Source of the DNA: a virus | Reading direction: 5' to 3' (one strand) | DNA: 64,000 nucleotides | Virus record (IMG/VR): IMGVR_UViG_3300030104_003613 | Shown: positions 25,930-37,600 of the stretch, piece by piece | How the letters are laid out: each line of letters begins with the position of its first letter | Numbering within the stretch: position 1 is the stretch's first letter | Made by a program: the position numbers and the translations under genes | Notes under the pieces: model-generated | What the model was told of the DNA's origin: nothing | The model's database searches: none | Seen by the model: the letters and a program-made list of their open reading frames with translations, nothing else

Positions 25930-28656
25930 TCAGGTGAATGAACCACCATCCACGGTGATGTTTTCAAGGAATCTTGTAGAACCTGTACAGGAGATAACTT
26001 GTGACGATCCAGCACAGTCTCTAATCCAAAGTCCTTTTGCCTCAATGTCCGCCCAGTGGTTAACAGAGGCAACAGAAGCACCAGCACCAGTAGTATTAAC
26101 AACAACATCGGTAGCAAAACCGATTCTCATGTCTCCGCCATTCTTTACCTTAAAGAAGACTGCTGCTTTCTGTGCGTTAGTAGAGTTGATACCAACATGG
26201 TTGTAGTACGCAATTATACCAGCATTGGTGTTGGTTACATTAGCAGGTGGTTGAAGTGAACCATCAGCGAGTCTTTGAAGTCCCAGTTCAACAACAGGAG
26301 AAACGATTCTCAAGTCTTCAACATCAATGCTGGTAACAGAACCACCAACCGCAAGATTACCAGTGATCTCAACGTTACCACCGAATGTACCGTTGCCGGA
26401 CATTTCCAGTGAGGTGCCTTTAAATTGTGCTGCTGTGGCAACACCTGACAGATTAGCACTAATGCCTTTTACTTGTCTGATGTGACCTTCATCCCAGTTC
26501 AGTGATGTGGCACCTAAATCGCTAGTGCGATCCGCAATTGGCAGAAGATTAGAATCAAATCTACCAGTAACAGTAACTGTGTCAGTTGACTGATTACCAA
26601 TGTCAACATTGCCTTGAAGAACAGCGGCACCAGCAGCGGTAAATTGTCCCTGAACCTCATGATCAGTAGATGTTGTGACCTTACCTGTGCTGTCAGCAAT
26701 TGTTTGTGCTGCCGTTCCATCTGATGCTCGCAGTGCCCCAACATCAACTGTGGGAACATTCAGTTCCGTTGTGATGGTTACTGTGGCGGGAAGACCAAAT
26801 GTTACTGTATTTGTTGACGCATTGACCGCAGTATCAACTTCATTTGTTGTTCCAGATAAAGTTAAGGTTTGACCTGTCTGGAAGATATCAGTGGTGCCAC
26901 TATCAGCAGCAACTCCAAAGGTAACTGCAACACCAGAAACACTGCTATCAACATAAGTCTTGATCGCTTTGGATGAGGCGACAGTATCATCAGATCCAGA
27001 TACAGATGAAATATCAGTGTCAACGGATGTAATCGCGGTTCCACTGGTAAATGTTAAGTTATCAATGGTCGCATTAGTAGCATCTACCGTGCCAACATTT
27101 ATTTGGTTGGAACTTGGATTGTAGGTAAGTCCATTGTCTATTCCAAAAGCTCTACCAACGGAGGTATTAGAACCATCCGTCATGGTGAGAGTAAAATTAG
27201 TGTCAGTAGTCGATACGTTGGTAACACTAAGCTTATCAGCAAGATCAGCAGTGCCTTCCAAATCACCTACAAAAGTTGTAGCTGTTACTGAACTGATACC
27301 ACTAATATTGGTTGAGTTATCGCCAACAATGTTTCCATTAGCTTTAATATTTCCAGCAACAGTCAGAGCATTTGTTGAGGGATTAAATGAAATACCAGCG
27401 CCTGTTCTTATACTTTCCTGTGTAGGACTGGTGTTGTTATCAGATACAAAAGTAATAAAGTGAGTTGAGGCAACATCTGTTTGTCCAACAGCCACGGTAG
27501 CAGCAGAAGCACCACCACCAGCTACACTTTCAAGTTCAGTTTCAAGATCTTGAAGAGCACCTTTTACGGTTTCACTATCAGCAATGATAGAACCTGTAAA
27601 GGTTCCAAGGTTAGTGGCATCTCTTGCTACGCCGGATAGGGTTACAAGATTCTCGCCTGCTTGACCATCATCAAGGACATCTCTACCATCAACTGTCCCT
27701 GTTACGACAATATTACCATTGACTGTTAGGGCAGCACCAACAATGTTTCTAACAGTGATGTCAGGTGTGCCGGTAAGTCCCTGTGCGTTAGTAGCAAGTG
27801 TGGCAGTAGATGCTGTACCAGTTACATCACCGGTAACATTACCAACTACGTTTCCAGTAAAGCGAGTAGAAACCAGATTACCAGTTGATGGATTGTAATT
27901 TAATCCTGTATCAGTTTCAGCACCTTGGGTTCCAGTGGCACCATCAACAAATACTGGAAATACTGTTTCGTCTGTGGTATTATTAGCAGTAACCGTAAAG
28001 TTAGTAGATGTAGTGGCGGTATCAGCATTACCTGTAACATTACCTGTTAGGTTGCCAACAAATCCACCACCAGCAGTAATGATACCTGATTGACCAGCAT
28101 CAATACCACCAAGATTAATGGTAACAGCAGAACCAACAACTACGCTGTCAAATGAGGAACCTCCGCCTCCACCACCAAGAACATATGACTTAAGTCTTGA
28201 AGCAGTTGTCTTTCTGTTTGTACCTGTAGCACCATCATCAACAATAAACAGGTCGGCATCTACAATCGCCGCACCAATATCCGTGGCACCATCGATATCA
28301 ATATTGGATACATTGACATCACCGAACGATAGCGTTCCTGATCCGTTCGTCTGTAGTAACTGATTGGCACTCCCGTCCGTTACAGGGAATGTATATGTTA
28401 CTGCAGCACCGATAGTCGCGGGTGCTGCTAATTCAATAAACTCGGTTCCGTTATTAGTTGCTTCAAAAAGTCTTACACCACCACCCTCTGTGGTTGTGTT
28501 AATATTGAAAAAGTCTCCATCGCCAATCAGTTGGTTTCCATCCAAAGAACCAACAAAAAGTTGATAACGATCAGTTGTAAAACCTGGTTCACCAACAGCA
28601 AGTGTTGGAAGATTAGCAAACGCGCCTCTTTTAAACTTAAGGGTTGGTGATGCCAT
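25930..28656 (-). CDS. Tail fibre-like virion protein (Mtd_N-like N-terminus)
   Basis: LKFKRG..LPTLAVGEPGFTTD..LFVG; FVGNLTGNVTGNADTAT-type repeats; C-terminal VDGGSF. Confidence 0.78.
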   Translation of the reverse strand: MASPTLKFKRGAFANLPTLAVGEPGFTTDRYQLFVGSLDGNQLIGDGDFFNINTTTEGGGVRLFEATNNGTEFIELAAPATIGAAVTYTFPVTDGSANQLLQTNGSGTLSFGDVNVSNIDIDGATDIGAAIVDADLFIVDDGATGTNRKTTASRLKSYVLGGGGGGSSFDSVVVGSAVTINLGGIDAGQSGIITAGGGFVGNLTGNVTGNADTATTSTNFTVTANNTTDETVFPVFVDGATGTQGAETDTGLNYNPSTGNLVSTRFTGNVVGNVTGDVTGTASTATLATNAQGLTGTPDITVRNIVGAALTVNGNIVVTGTVDGRDVLDDGQAGENLVTLSGVARDATNLGTFTGSIIADSETVKGALQDLETELESVAGGGASAATVAVGQTDVASTHFITFVSDNNTSPTQESIRTGAGISFNPSTNALTVAGNIKANGNIVGDNSTNISGISSVTATTFVGDLEGTADLADKLSVTNVSTTDTNFTLTMTDGSNTSVGRAFGIDNGLTYNPSSNQINVGTVDATNATIDNLTFTSGTAITSVDTDISSVSGSDDTVASSKAIKTYVDSSVSGVAVTFGVAADSGTTDIFQTGQTLTLSGTTNEVDTAVNASTNTVTFGLPATVTITTELNVPTVDVGALRASDGTAAQTIADSTGKVTTSTDHEVQGQFTAAGAAVLQGNVDIGNQSTDTVTVTGRFDSNLLPIADRTSDLGATSLNWDEGHIRQVKGISANLSGVATAAQFKGTSLEMSGNGTFGGNVEITGNLAVGGSVTSIDVEDLRIVSPVVELGLQRLADGSLQPPANVTNTNAGIIAYYNHVGINSTNAQKAAVFFKVKNGGDMRIGFATDVVVNTTGAGASVASVNHWADIEAKGLWIRDCAGSSQVISCTGSTRFLENITVDGGSFT

Positions 28657-28685
28657 TACTTCAACTTATACCTTCGTAATTGTAT

Positions 28686-29645
28686 TTATGGACTAAATGA
28701 ACCAAAGTCTTGGTTACCATCTTCGGTGCCATCAGACAAATCAACAACCTGGAAGGGAGTATCGAATCCCCATTCGGAATCTCCTGCCTTGAAGACGATG
28801 AGATCGTTGTTCTGTGGAATGTCTGTAGAGATACTGTATCCAGCAAGGTTTGTAGTTGCTGCTCCGATTTGACTCGTAGCAATGAACTGACCAGACGTTG
28901 AGTCAAACGCTAGAACAGAACCGTTAAGGATAGTGGTAGCAGCAGTACCAGCGATGGTTTGAAGTGGTCCTAGATCGAGGTCTGCTGCCTTTGGTCTAGG
29001 AACCCACTTATTATTTGGATCATCCCAAACAAGAACATAACCACTTTGAAGTCCGACAATGCTTACATCATCTAAATCTTTGATAAATCCGGCACCACCA
29101 CCACCAATTGTAGAGGTTTGACGCACTGTTTCGTAGACCATCTTGCGAAGTTGGTCAATTTCACGCCTCAATCTGTTGACTTCACTGTCTTTTTCATCAT
29201 CAATTTTCTCTTCTTGAGGCATTTTGTCAAGAATTTCAATGCTTTTCAGCAAATTATTAGATTTATCTACCTTAACGTCCAAATCATCTCTGATTTTTGC
29301 CAAAGTTTCAAGTTCTTCAATCGATTCCTCGACTATTTCTGGTTCAGGAGCGGGTGCTAGGGGTTCTGGTTCGATGATATTGACAGTTTCAATCTCTAAT
29401 GGCTTGTAATTGTCCTTCCAATCGGTCGTATCAACCTCTTTTTTGGGTTCTGAGAACAGAAAACTTTCAAATGCCTTTGCTTCTTGAGATATTTTCTCCT
29501 TCTTTTTCTTAAGTTTTGCTTTTTCTTCACTCAAAGACGCAAAAAGGTCTCCGAGAGACAAATCGCCAATCAGTTCTTGTTGTTTTTCTTGCTTTTTCTT
29601 CTTCTCTTCACCAATTAAACTGAAGAAATCTCCTAAATCTTTCAT
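28686..29645 (-). CDS. Hypothetical protein (charged N-terminal half, fibre-like C-terminal half)
   Basis: GGGGAG..LDDV...VLVWD...KW repeats of phage fibre type; late promoter at 29678-29672. Confidence 0.65.
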   Translation of the reverse strand: MKDLGDFFSLIGEEKKKKQEKQQELIGDLSLGDLFASLSEEKAKLKKKKEKISQEAKAFESFLFSEPKKEVDTTDWKDNYKPLEIETVNIIEPEPLAPAPEPEIVEESIEELETLAKIRDDLDVKVDKSNNLLKSIEILDKMPQEEKIDDEKDSEVNRLRREIDQLRKMVYETVRQTSTIGGGGAGFIKDLDDVSIVGLQSGYVLVWDDPNNKWVPRPKAADLDLGPLQTIAGTAATTILNGSVLAFDSTSGQFIATSQIGAATTNLAGYSISTDIPQNNDLIVFKAGDSEWGFDTPFQVVDLSDGTEDGNQDFGSFSP

Positions 29646-29670
29646 TTTAAAGGTAGATTTTCCATTTTTA

Positions 29671-30096
29671 CTATTTATCCTGCTGTGCCTGCTTTAACAT
29701 TTTCTGTAAATCAGCAGTTGAACCAACAAATAAAGCATTATTCACTGTTGTTGGTCCTTTTTGATCCTTCTCTTCATTGACATCCTTCAGTTTCTTTTGA
29801 AGATCCATCAATTTGTCAGTCGCATCAGAGACATTTTTGATAAGTTGACCGGCAACCTCATATGCTCTGGGCATTTCGCTTTCTTGAGCAAGTTCAAGAA
29901 TGCCATTTATTGCTTCTTGACCTTTTTCAATGATCGAATAGAGATTACCCCTCGTATATTCGTAGTCTTTACGAATATCTTCAGAGGAAGATTTAATTTG
30001 TTCGATTTTACCATCGACTTTTTCTTTTGTAATTTCTGTTGCCTCTACATCAAAGGTTTCGTCTAACTTGTCATACTTTTTTGTCATAATAGTCAT
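29671..30096 (-). CDS. gp16: Terminase small subunit
   Basis: DYEYTRGNL, PRAYEVAGQLIK, NNALFVGSTADL. Confidence 0.95.
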   Translation of the reverse strand: MTIMTKKYDKLDETFDVEATEITKEKVDGKIEQIKSSSEDIRKDYEYTRGNLYSIIEKGQEAINGILELAQESEMPRAYEVAGQLIKNVSDATDKLMDLQKKLKDVNEEKDQKGPTTVNNALFVGSTADLQKMLKQAQQDK

Positions 30097-31112
30097 TAGA
30101 TAAATCCACCATCGAATCCGAAGTTGTCACCTACGTCAATGAATGGAGTGTCATCAACAGTAATACCATGTACCGCTGCTCCAGAGACGTGTGTTTCTAA
30201 CGTAGTCTGATCTTTCGCTCTATCGACAGTAATCTTGTTACCACTGACTTTTCTGACATACATCAGTTCTTCATCAATGTAGATATCAGTTTCTGCTGTA
30301 ATCTTGGTTCCGTCAACAACAGTGATTACAGTGTCTTCATCAGTGATGTCTTCTGCCAGGTTGGTAACAACAACACCGTCATAATCTTTAAGTGCTCTGG
30401 GTACAACTTTATAGTTGACATCTCTTTCATAAGATGCAGAGGAACCTTTAACAATGGATCTAGAACCACCAACGTATCCAATGTTGACCTTATTGATGAT
30501 ACTAGAGGATACATCCTTGACAGGGCCATACATGTAGACTTTAGCAGTAAATCTAAATGTATAGACTAGTGCTCGTCTAGTATCAAAATTACCCTCATAA
30601 TCGTCCTCCATCGAAATGTTATCCAGGACAACAGGGACGTTCATTACTTCATTCACACATCCAAGAATTTTGATGGGGATTGTAAAGGATGGTGCGAAAT
30701 ATGGAAGTACTTGTTCAGTAATTTGAAGCATATCATCATTGAGTTTTGTCATTGCTGACAATTCAAAGATCATATTGTATGGGACGGGCATGTATGCCCT
30801 TTTGGTTTGTGATCCATCTTCACAAGTTGCTACGAAACTTTGGGTTTTGGATACCTTTCTCTCTGGATCATAAACGAGATCGATAAATTCAAATGACATC
30901 CTAGGAAGTGTCATCTGAACAGGAGTGTTGAGTTTTGGAGTTTGCTCCAGTCTTGCTAAAAACTTCTGTGTTGGTCCATAAGCAAGAGGAACTTTGATGA
31001 CACTCCAAGTATCATCATTATCATCTTTATGTTTTATCTGTATATCGTTAAATAACGATCCAAACGCGATGATGGTGGATCTTAAGATCTCGTTATAAAA
31101 ATATTCAAACAT
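30096..31112 (-). CDS. gp15: Tail sheath stabilizer / terminator
   Basis: YFYNEILR..FGSLFN, VPLAYGP.QKF, LPRMSFE, PVPYN. Confidence 0.95.
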   Translation of the reverse strand: MFEYFYNEILRSTIIAFGSLFNDIQIKHKDDNDDTWSVIKVPLAYGPTQKFLARLEQTPKLNTPVQMTLPRMSFEFIDLVYDPERKVSKTQSFVATCEDGSQTKRAYMPVPYNMIFELSAMTKLNDDMLQITEQVLPYFAPSFTIPIKILGCVNEVMNVPVVLDNISMEDDYEGNFDTRRALVYTFRFTAKVYMYGPVKDVSSSIINKVNIGYVGGSRSIVKGSSASYERDVNYKVVPRALKDYDGVVVTNLAEDITDEDTVITVVDGTKITAETDIYIDEELMYVRKVSGNKITVDRAKDQTTLETHVSGAAVHGITVDDTPFIDVGDNFGFDGGFI

Positions 31113-31159
31113 GATCCCCAATCGTATATGAATATACTACTATTTAACCTTATTAAATG

Positions 31160-33121
31160 TTAAGGCATTCCGAATGGGTTTCTAGTTGTGAAGTCAATGA
31201 TCGCATCTGCCTCTGCTTCAATGTTATCATTATCGGCAAATGCGGTCACCTCATCGTATATTCCAACCCTACTAACAATTCCTACCGCTCCTGATTCGGA
31301 TCCAGTGATTGATTCTCCAGGAACAAAGTCTTTATCTACGATAGCAATCTCAAGTGTATTTGCTACCGCATTATATTCTTTGACTCTTGCTGTCGCTCCT
31401 GATGTTCCGCCCGTTACAATTTCATTGAATATGAATGAACCACTTGTAGTCGTAACACCAATATATGGGGGTGCTTCAATTACAACATCAGGTGTAAGAA
31501 CGTACTTGGCACCAGAGTTAGACAGGACAACAGAAGTAACAAATCCTGATACATTAACACTGGTGATACCAGTTGCCCTTACCACACCATCAACCTCTGT
31601 GGAGTAATTCTTCTCTGAAAGATCGTTGCTGATGGTAATTGTAGGAGCAACCGTATATCCACTACCAGCATTTGTAATGGTGATTCCAGTCACAATGCCA
31701 CAATTTTGAATACCAACTTCAACGGTTCTTGTGGTGGTAGCAATACCAGTTGTAGCGTTGTTCATGACAATCAGAGACGATCCAATGCTTGTTACGAAGG
31801 TCTCTCTTGGAATGATTTCAACCGATGGTTGTGGGTGATAACCACTCAATAGACGAACTCTATCACCTACAATCATGTTTGTTGTAGTGATACCAGTAAT
31901 GACAGTTGAACCTATGCCAATCGTTCCTGATGTCTCAATGGAATCAAATCTAATTGTAGAGATGCCAGCGGCAGTAGTGCCAATTCCTGGTGCGCTAAAT
32001 GTGACAGTGGGTGCCTGCTTATAGAAAACACCACCAGTTGTGCCATGTGGGAACAAATAAGTAGCAACACCAACACTGATAGTGGCAGCAATAACACTAG
32101 ATCCTGATCCAACTGGGTGGTCGATAGTTGCTGTTGCGGCAGCACCAACATGTTTAGGTGTAGAGATGCCAACGACGGGAGCAGTAAAGTATCCACCACC
32201 GCTGTTACCAATAGAGATGGATTGTACGGACGTGGTGGGGACCAGAAGAGAAGTTCCTGCTGCTCCGCTGCCTTTAGAACTATGGAATGTAACTAATGGT
32301 GCTTCTGTGTATCCACATCCAGCATTAGTAAGATTGATAGATATGACTCTACCTGTTTGTCCATCACATCCGATATAATCAAAAGACAATGATGCGAATC
32401 CAACCGCAGTAGTTCCTCCATCAGGGGCAGATGAGAATGCTACACGGGGTGGTTCGATATAACCCTTACCCATGTTAGATAGAATGACTTGTCCAACTGA
32501 ACCACCATCACACATATTAGCGGTTGCTGTTGCTTGCGTTCCTGCACCGACTGCTAGGAGTCGAAGTGTGGTGATATGACCAATTTGTTCAATCTCATCA
32601 TCGATAGTTTCAACACCAGTGTCAATGACTTCATCCTCGTATCTGAACAGTTCACATCTCAACTGGTAAACGTAGTTCTTTTGAAGTTGATAGAATGGTT
32701 GTTCGTGCTCTACATATTTAATTTCAAACAGTCTTTCACCCAGAGGAAAGTAAATTAAATCTCCTTCTTTAGGTCTAGTCGATAATTCAATATTAGGTAA
32801 GTTCTTAATTAATGGTGTAATATAATCTTCAAACCTTTCTCTCGAAACAATGAGTGTTAGGTCATCTTTCTCTTGAATACCAAACTTTGAAAGGATGGTT
32901 CCCTCACCACCATATCCATCATAACTATCCACATATGCCTCAATAGGATAGGCATTGTCAAACTCTGATTGGATTACTTCTTTAATTACAGTAAATTTCG
33001 TCAGGTATTTGCGAGGCATATAATATACCTCAATACCATACATCTTTATCTGTTCATTGACCAGGCTTTGAATTAAACTCTGTTCGCCTGATGTCCCGTT
33101 TTGGAAAAATGGATTAAGCAT
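31160..33121 (-). CDS. gp14: Neck protein with a large internal insertion
   Basis: LNPFF, EQIKMYG, YYMPR, RPKEGDLIYFP, FYQLQK, C-terminal NPFG. Confidence 0.92.
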   Translation of the reverse strand: MLNPFFQNGTSGEQSLIQSLVNEQIKMYGIEVYYMPRKYLTKFTVIKEVIQSEFDNAYPIEAYVDSYDGYGGEGTILSKFGIQEKDDLTLIVSRERFEDYITPLIKNLPNIELSTRPKEGDLIYFPLGERLFEIKYVEHEQPFYQLQKNYVYQLRCELFRYEDEVIDTGVETIDDEIEQIGHITTLRLLAVGAGTQATATANMCDGGSVGQVILSNMGKGYIEPPRVAFSSAPDGGTTAVGFASLSFDYIGCDGQTGRVISINLTNAGCGYTEAPLVTFHSSKGSGAAGTSLLVPTTSVQSISIGNSGGGYFTAPVVGISTPKHVGAAATATIDHPVGSGSSVIAATISVGVATYLFPHGTTGGVFYKQAPTVTFSAPGIGTTAAGISTIRFDSIETSGTIGIGSTVITGITTTNMIVGDRVRLLSGYHPQPSVEIIPRETFVTSIGSSLIVMNNATTGIATTTRTVEVGIQNCGIVTGITITNAGSGYTVAPTITISNDLSEKNYSTEVDGVVRATGITSVNVSGFVTSVVLSNSGAKYVLTPDVVIEAPPYIGVTTTSGSFIFNEIVTGGTSGATARVKEYNAVANTLEIAIVDKDFVPGESITGSESGAVGIVSRVGIYDEVTAFADNDNIEAEADAIIDFTTRNPFGMP

Positions 33122-33125
33122 ATCA

Positions 33126-33992
33126 TCAACCAATCAAGTCGAGTGGTGGTAACTCGTATGTGCTCAACATCTTTGCTTTAAGTTCATCAACCTCTCTTTG
33201 CCCGTCATCGTAGATTTGCCTGCCATTAAACTCTACACCACCTGGAAGTTTTACACCAGTAAACTTCAGAAGGTTTTGACCCCATTGACGCTTGATGAGA
33301 GCAGTAAGATACAGTTTTAGGAATGAATCATTCCAGACTCTACTATAATCATTACCATCCATCTGTCTCCAACAATCGATAATAATAAATTTATCCTTGC
33401 TTATAGTATCAAAGTTTGTATCCAAGTATAGTCTGTCTTGTCTCTGATTAAATCTAATTTGTTTATGTGTATTGAGCAGGAAGTTCAGAGTTTCTAGATA
33501 ACTCTTTGCCATTGAATATGATAAGATATCGGTTGTGCCGAAGAAGTAGATATCATTCAGAAACAACTGATACTCAAAGTTAAACATGTTAGCAGAATTA
33601 GTCTGCGTAGCACTATCGTCCCACTGAAATACTTTATTGATTCCAATAATTGATGGCGGAACCTGTATATAATTACTATTTTCGTAAAAAGTAAATGTGG
33701 TAGTAGATCCACCCATGGACGCGGTGGCACTTGTAGATGTAATTCCAGGGGAGGAACCAGCATCAGGTGCCCCAGGTGGACGTGCCTTTGCCCTATCAAT
33801 ATCATCCTGTGTGATTTGATATTTTAGATATACTTGCTCTACACCATCAAAATGTCTTTCATTGAAATATTGTACCGCGTCGTCTACGAGGTCTTGAAGT
33901 TGCTCTTCAGCGACATTAACTTCAACAACCGGAGCACCAAGTTGCCTTAAGCAATAATCGATAAGTTCTTGTCTGGTGGATGGTTGCGCCAT
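33126..33992 (-). CDS. gp13: Neck protein
   Basis: LIDYCLRQLGAPVVEVNV, QWGQNLLKF.GVKLPGGVEFNG. Confidence 0.96.
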   Translation of the reverse strand: MAQPSTRQELIDYCLRQLGAPVVEVNVAEEQLQDLVDDAVQYFNERHFDGVEQVYLKYQITQDDIDRAKARPPGAPDAGSSPGITSTSATASMGGSTTTFTFYENSNYIQVPPSIIGINKVFQWDDSATQTNSANMFNFEYQLFLNDIYFFGTTDILSYSMAKSYLETLNFLLNTHKQIRFNQRQDRLYLDTNFDTISKDKFIIIDCWRQMDGNDYSRVWNDSFLKLYLTALIKRQWGQNLLKFTGVKLPGGVEFNGRQIYDDGQREVDELKAKMLSTYELPPLDLIG

Positions 33993-34020
33993 TATGAGAC
34001 ATTACTTTTTTACTATTTAG

Positions 34021-34404
34021 TTAGACTGTGGAAATCCCTGTAAACACATTAATGTTGCCTCTAGCAATACTATAAGTGCTACTTCCTACGCCCATAAAGA
34101 TATCAAACTCATATCTTCCTTGTTTTATAGATGTGGTATCACTTCTGCCAAGACCAATCTTAAATTCACCACTAGTGGCACCAGTGATAGTTTCAGTAAA
34201 CTCCGCAGTTGGCACACCAGAAGAACCAACCGCAACAGTCTTTGTCATTCTTGAATACATTGTATGAGAAGTCAAATCATAGTTTGACCTATCATTATTC
34301 AAAATCTTGAATGTTTCTTCAAAATCAACACCTGTAAACATTGTAAGATTAACACCATAGGGTGTTCTTACTGTGGGATCGAAGGTGATTGTATTATTAG
34401 CCAT
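34021..34404 (-). CDS. Hypothetical virion-associated protein (beta-sandwich-like)
   Basis: 127 aa, GRYEFDI motif, in the structural operon. Confidence 0.7.
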   Translation of the reverse strand: MANNTITFDPTVRTPYGVNLTMFTGVDFEETFKILNNDRSNYDLTSHTMYSRMTKTVAVGSSGVPTAEFTETITGATSGEFKIGLGRSDTTSIKQGRYEFDIFMGVGSSTYSIARGNINVFTGISTV

Positions 34405-34618
34405 TTGTTAGAGACCTCAGCAAAGATTTGATTTCATCTAAATCACCTTTAATCCCATCAACTTTTTCTTCAAGTCGATCAACCCTTTCCTTTTCGGAAT
34501 TGAGTCTGTTTCTGGCGTTCATATAGTTTTGATAGTCAGTTTTGTTTGTATTAATGATGGCTCTACTGCTTGAATCGCGGTAGAGACCATCTTTTCCTTC
34601 AACTTTCAATCTTTTCAT
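34397..34618 (-). CDS. Small conserved hypothetical protein
   Basis: LYRDSSSRAIIN followed by a coiled coil; overlaps both neighbours. Confidence 0.7.
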   Translation of the reverse strand: MKRLKVEGKDGLYRDSSSRAIINTNKTDYQNYMNARNRLNSEKERVDRLEEKVDGIKGDLDEIKSLLRSLTNG

Positions 34619-37600
34619 TATACTGTGGCAATAACTCTAAGGTTTCTAAACTGTGGGACAACCGCCTGGTTGGTTGATGTTCCAACAAGTTTGATTCTAA
34701 AGAAGTTGAATGGATCCAACTCATCGATGGAGAACTTATACTCCTTGAAGAGATTCAAGGAAGGCATTTGAGTGTAAATATCCGACTTGGGAATGAACAC
34801 ATCAGGTCCACCATCAGCACTGAAGGGTTGAATAACCTTTCCAAATTCATCGGTGTTGTTGACACCAGGGAAGGGTGTAAATATACACTCTTCTGCTGGT
34901 AAGTCTTGATTGACAGCATAGAATGCTCTAACGTCATTGAAGTTGGAGACATATCCATCAATGAAGACTCTCAAAGATGTGGCAGGATTCTCAAGAATAA
35001 TATTCTTGCTAACATACATCAGACTGTTAGGATCATTGGGAATATCCTTAACTCTAACATCGCCCTTATAGTTAGTGACAGGTCGATTCGCTCTATTTGA
35101 TACAAAGATGATGGATGCGTGATCCAAGTCAATAGCAGGCGAAAGTCTAGCATCACTCGTATTCATATTGACATTCAATGTCATGGACTTTTGTCCAGGA
35201 AGAGAGGTCAGATATGTTCTCTCATTGACAGGCGAAACAACCATTCTTTGATTCTCAAAGTAGTTTTGCTCGTTCAAGGATACCTCTTGATATCCCTTGT
35301 CAAGGAAGGAAACTTCTGTTCCATCAACACTAGTTTCAGAAACAGTTCTAACAGATGCGTTAAGAGAAACACCACTAGGAGAAATGGTTCTAAGGTTAGG
35401 AATAACCATAGAGTATGGCAAGTTATATGTTCCTCTGGCAGCGATACCACCACCAGTTGTTCCTTGAGTGAAGTATCTAGAGGAATATGAAGAAGAAGTA
35501 GCACTTCTGTCAGTTCCACTCTGTGCCATGTTAATTTTGACATGGTAAGAGTCAATGCCAATGCCGTCTGTTATATCAGAATCAGCGAACAGGTGTTCTT
35601 TATTGATTCTTCTCAACGATACGCCACCAAACTCATATCTGAATACAAGTTCATTAAGCGCGTGTGATGCCGGTAATGTATTATCAACACCTCTACTAGT
35701 GATACCAGTCAGTGTGTTTCCAGCAACTCCAGTGTAGGAGATAATCTCATTACCAATTTTTACATATCCAGGGTTGGTAACACTAACAGGTAGTCCTTCA
35801 AAGTCTGCCATATTGCCAGTGCTTCCAACTGAGATTGGAGCATTGGAGGTTCTACTGTATACTGCTCCCAGAGCAGTGGCAGGAATGTCAGAGGCAACAT
35901 TTTGAAGTGTGACTCTGTTGGTATCAGCGTACATTCCATGATTTCTCTGGAATACCTTCACATGAAGACCATCATTAATAGCATCAACTCTTGCCGTAGC
36001 AAGAGGAACTACGCTTCCGCCTGTTCCAACGTTAACATCTGATGTGATACCTGTCTGTGTTGTAAATCTCAGGAAGTTAGCAGCACCATAAAGAAGTTCA
36101 CCTTGAACATTACTGACTTCAATTTCATTAAATCCTAGAAGTTCGGAGATAGAGAATTTCATATCTCTTCCAATATTGCCAAGTCCAACGAGGTTACCGT
36201 GAATAGGTGCTACAACGTCAGCAACATTATATCCACTACCACCACCACTGATTGTGGCAGCAATAGCAACCCCACCATTGACGGTGATATCTGCCCTAGC
36301 ATTGATACCATTTCCAGTGATTGAAGTTAGAGCAACACCCGTATGAGTGAACTGTCCAGAGGATGGCGTATAACCAATACCAGCATTGACGATGGAAATT
36401 GTTCCAGTCGCGGAACCAGCAAGACCAACAACAGTTCCTTTAAAGTCAGATCCGACCTGAATTAGGTCAGTTCCAGAAATTAAGTTGTTGCCAGCACTAT
36501 TGCCAGTATTACTAATCGTTGTACCAACACCAACATTCATTGATCTTGATCTGACAGATATACCATTCTTGGTAATCTTTTCAAGATCGACTGGTAGATT
36601 TGGATTAAAGAACTGTACCAAACCGTTAGATGTAAAACTACAACGATATGCTACGAACTTAAGATCCTCATACTGACTTGGTGTCCATACACTTGCGTTT
36701 TGAGACTTAAACAGAGAACCAAGTAATGGTTGTTCTGTAACAAGGATTGATCCTGCCTCTGTTGCCAGAGTGGTTACATCAGTTTCACCGAATCTAGAAA
36801 TCCAGACATTATATGTGGTCACATCCGAAAGGACAGTGATAGCATATTCTGTTTGTGGATTTAGATATACTGGCGATGAGAAGACAAATGAAGTTGGAGT
36901 AGTTCCATCTTCTGATACCGCTACCTGATTTGGTTCTAAGACCACAGTAGAGAACGGCACAATCATTTCAGTGGGAGTTCCGAGTCTTGTCTCACGAATT
37001 TGAACCGTTACAGGATGGTCAGTATCCTTCGACTGGAAGAATAACTCAACCCTGCTGAGGTATACACCCGTGATATCATCAACAAAGAATGTTTGAGCAA
37101 GAGGGTCTCCACGACGAGGCCGCGGCGGGTCGGGTGGACGCGGAGGATCCGGCGGCGGCGGTGGTGGTGGTGGAGGTGGTATTCTGACCGCGTTGATATT
37201 AGTGATAATACTTGTTTGATCAGTCACCCCAGCAAGAACTCTAGTTTCTGGATCAAGGTCCTCTGTCTCAACTTCAGCATTTCTAAGAGATAGAGTAACT
37301 TCTTGTGTATTATCGAGATCACCCTGTGAATAGAAGATTTGTTCAGCACTACTAGAAACAGATCCAGCGACATTGGAGTTAGTAGAACTACTCGACAACT
37401 TAAAGTTAGATCTACCAGTTTCAAACGTTGGATTGGCAGTATTTGCTGAATCAGGAACCCTATAGGAACCAATCAGTGTTCCAACTCTATCAGTAACCAG
37501 TGCGATTCTTGTAACAATCGCCTCTGCTCCACTGCTGTTGCCTCTGAGAATCATTCCCTGTTGAATATATCCAGAGAATTGTGAATCGTTTTCATTGGAG

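Noticed and set aside
24100-28656. Diversity-generating retroelement target suggested by the Mtd-like N-termini
   Set aside because: No reverse transcriptase and no TR/VR pair with adenine-specific mismatches are visible in the window.
37108-37180. GC-rich tract as a foreign insertion or phase-variable repeat
   Set aside because: It is an in-frame Pro-rich linker just before the conserved DPLAQ motif; Pro and Arg codons explain the composition.
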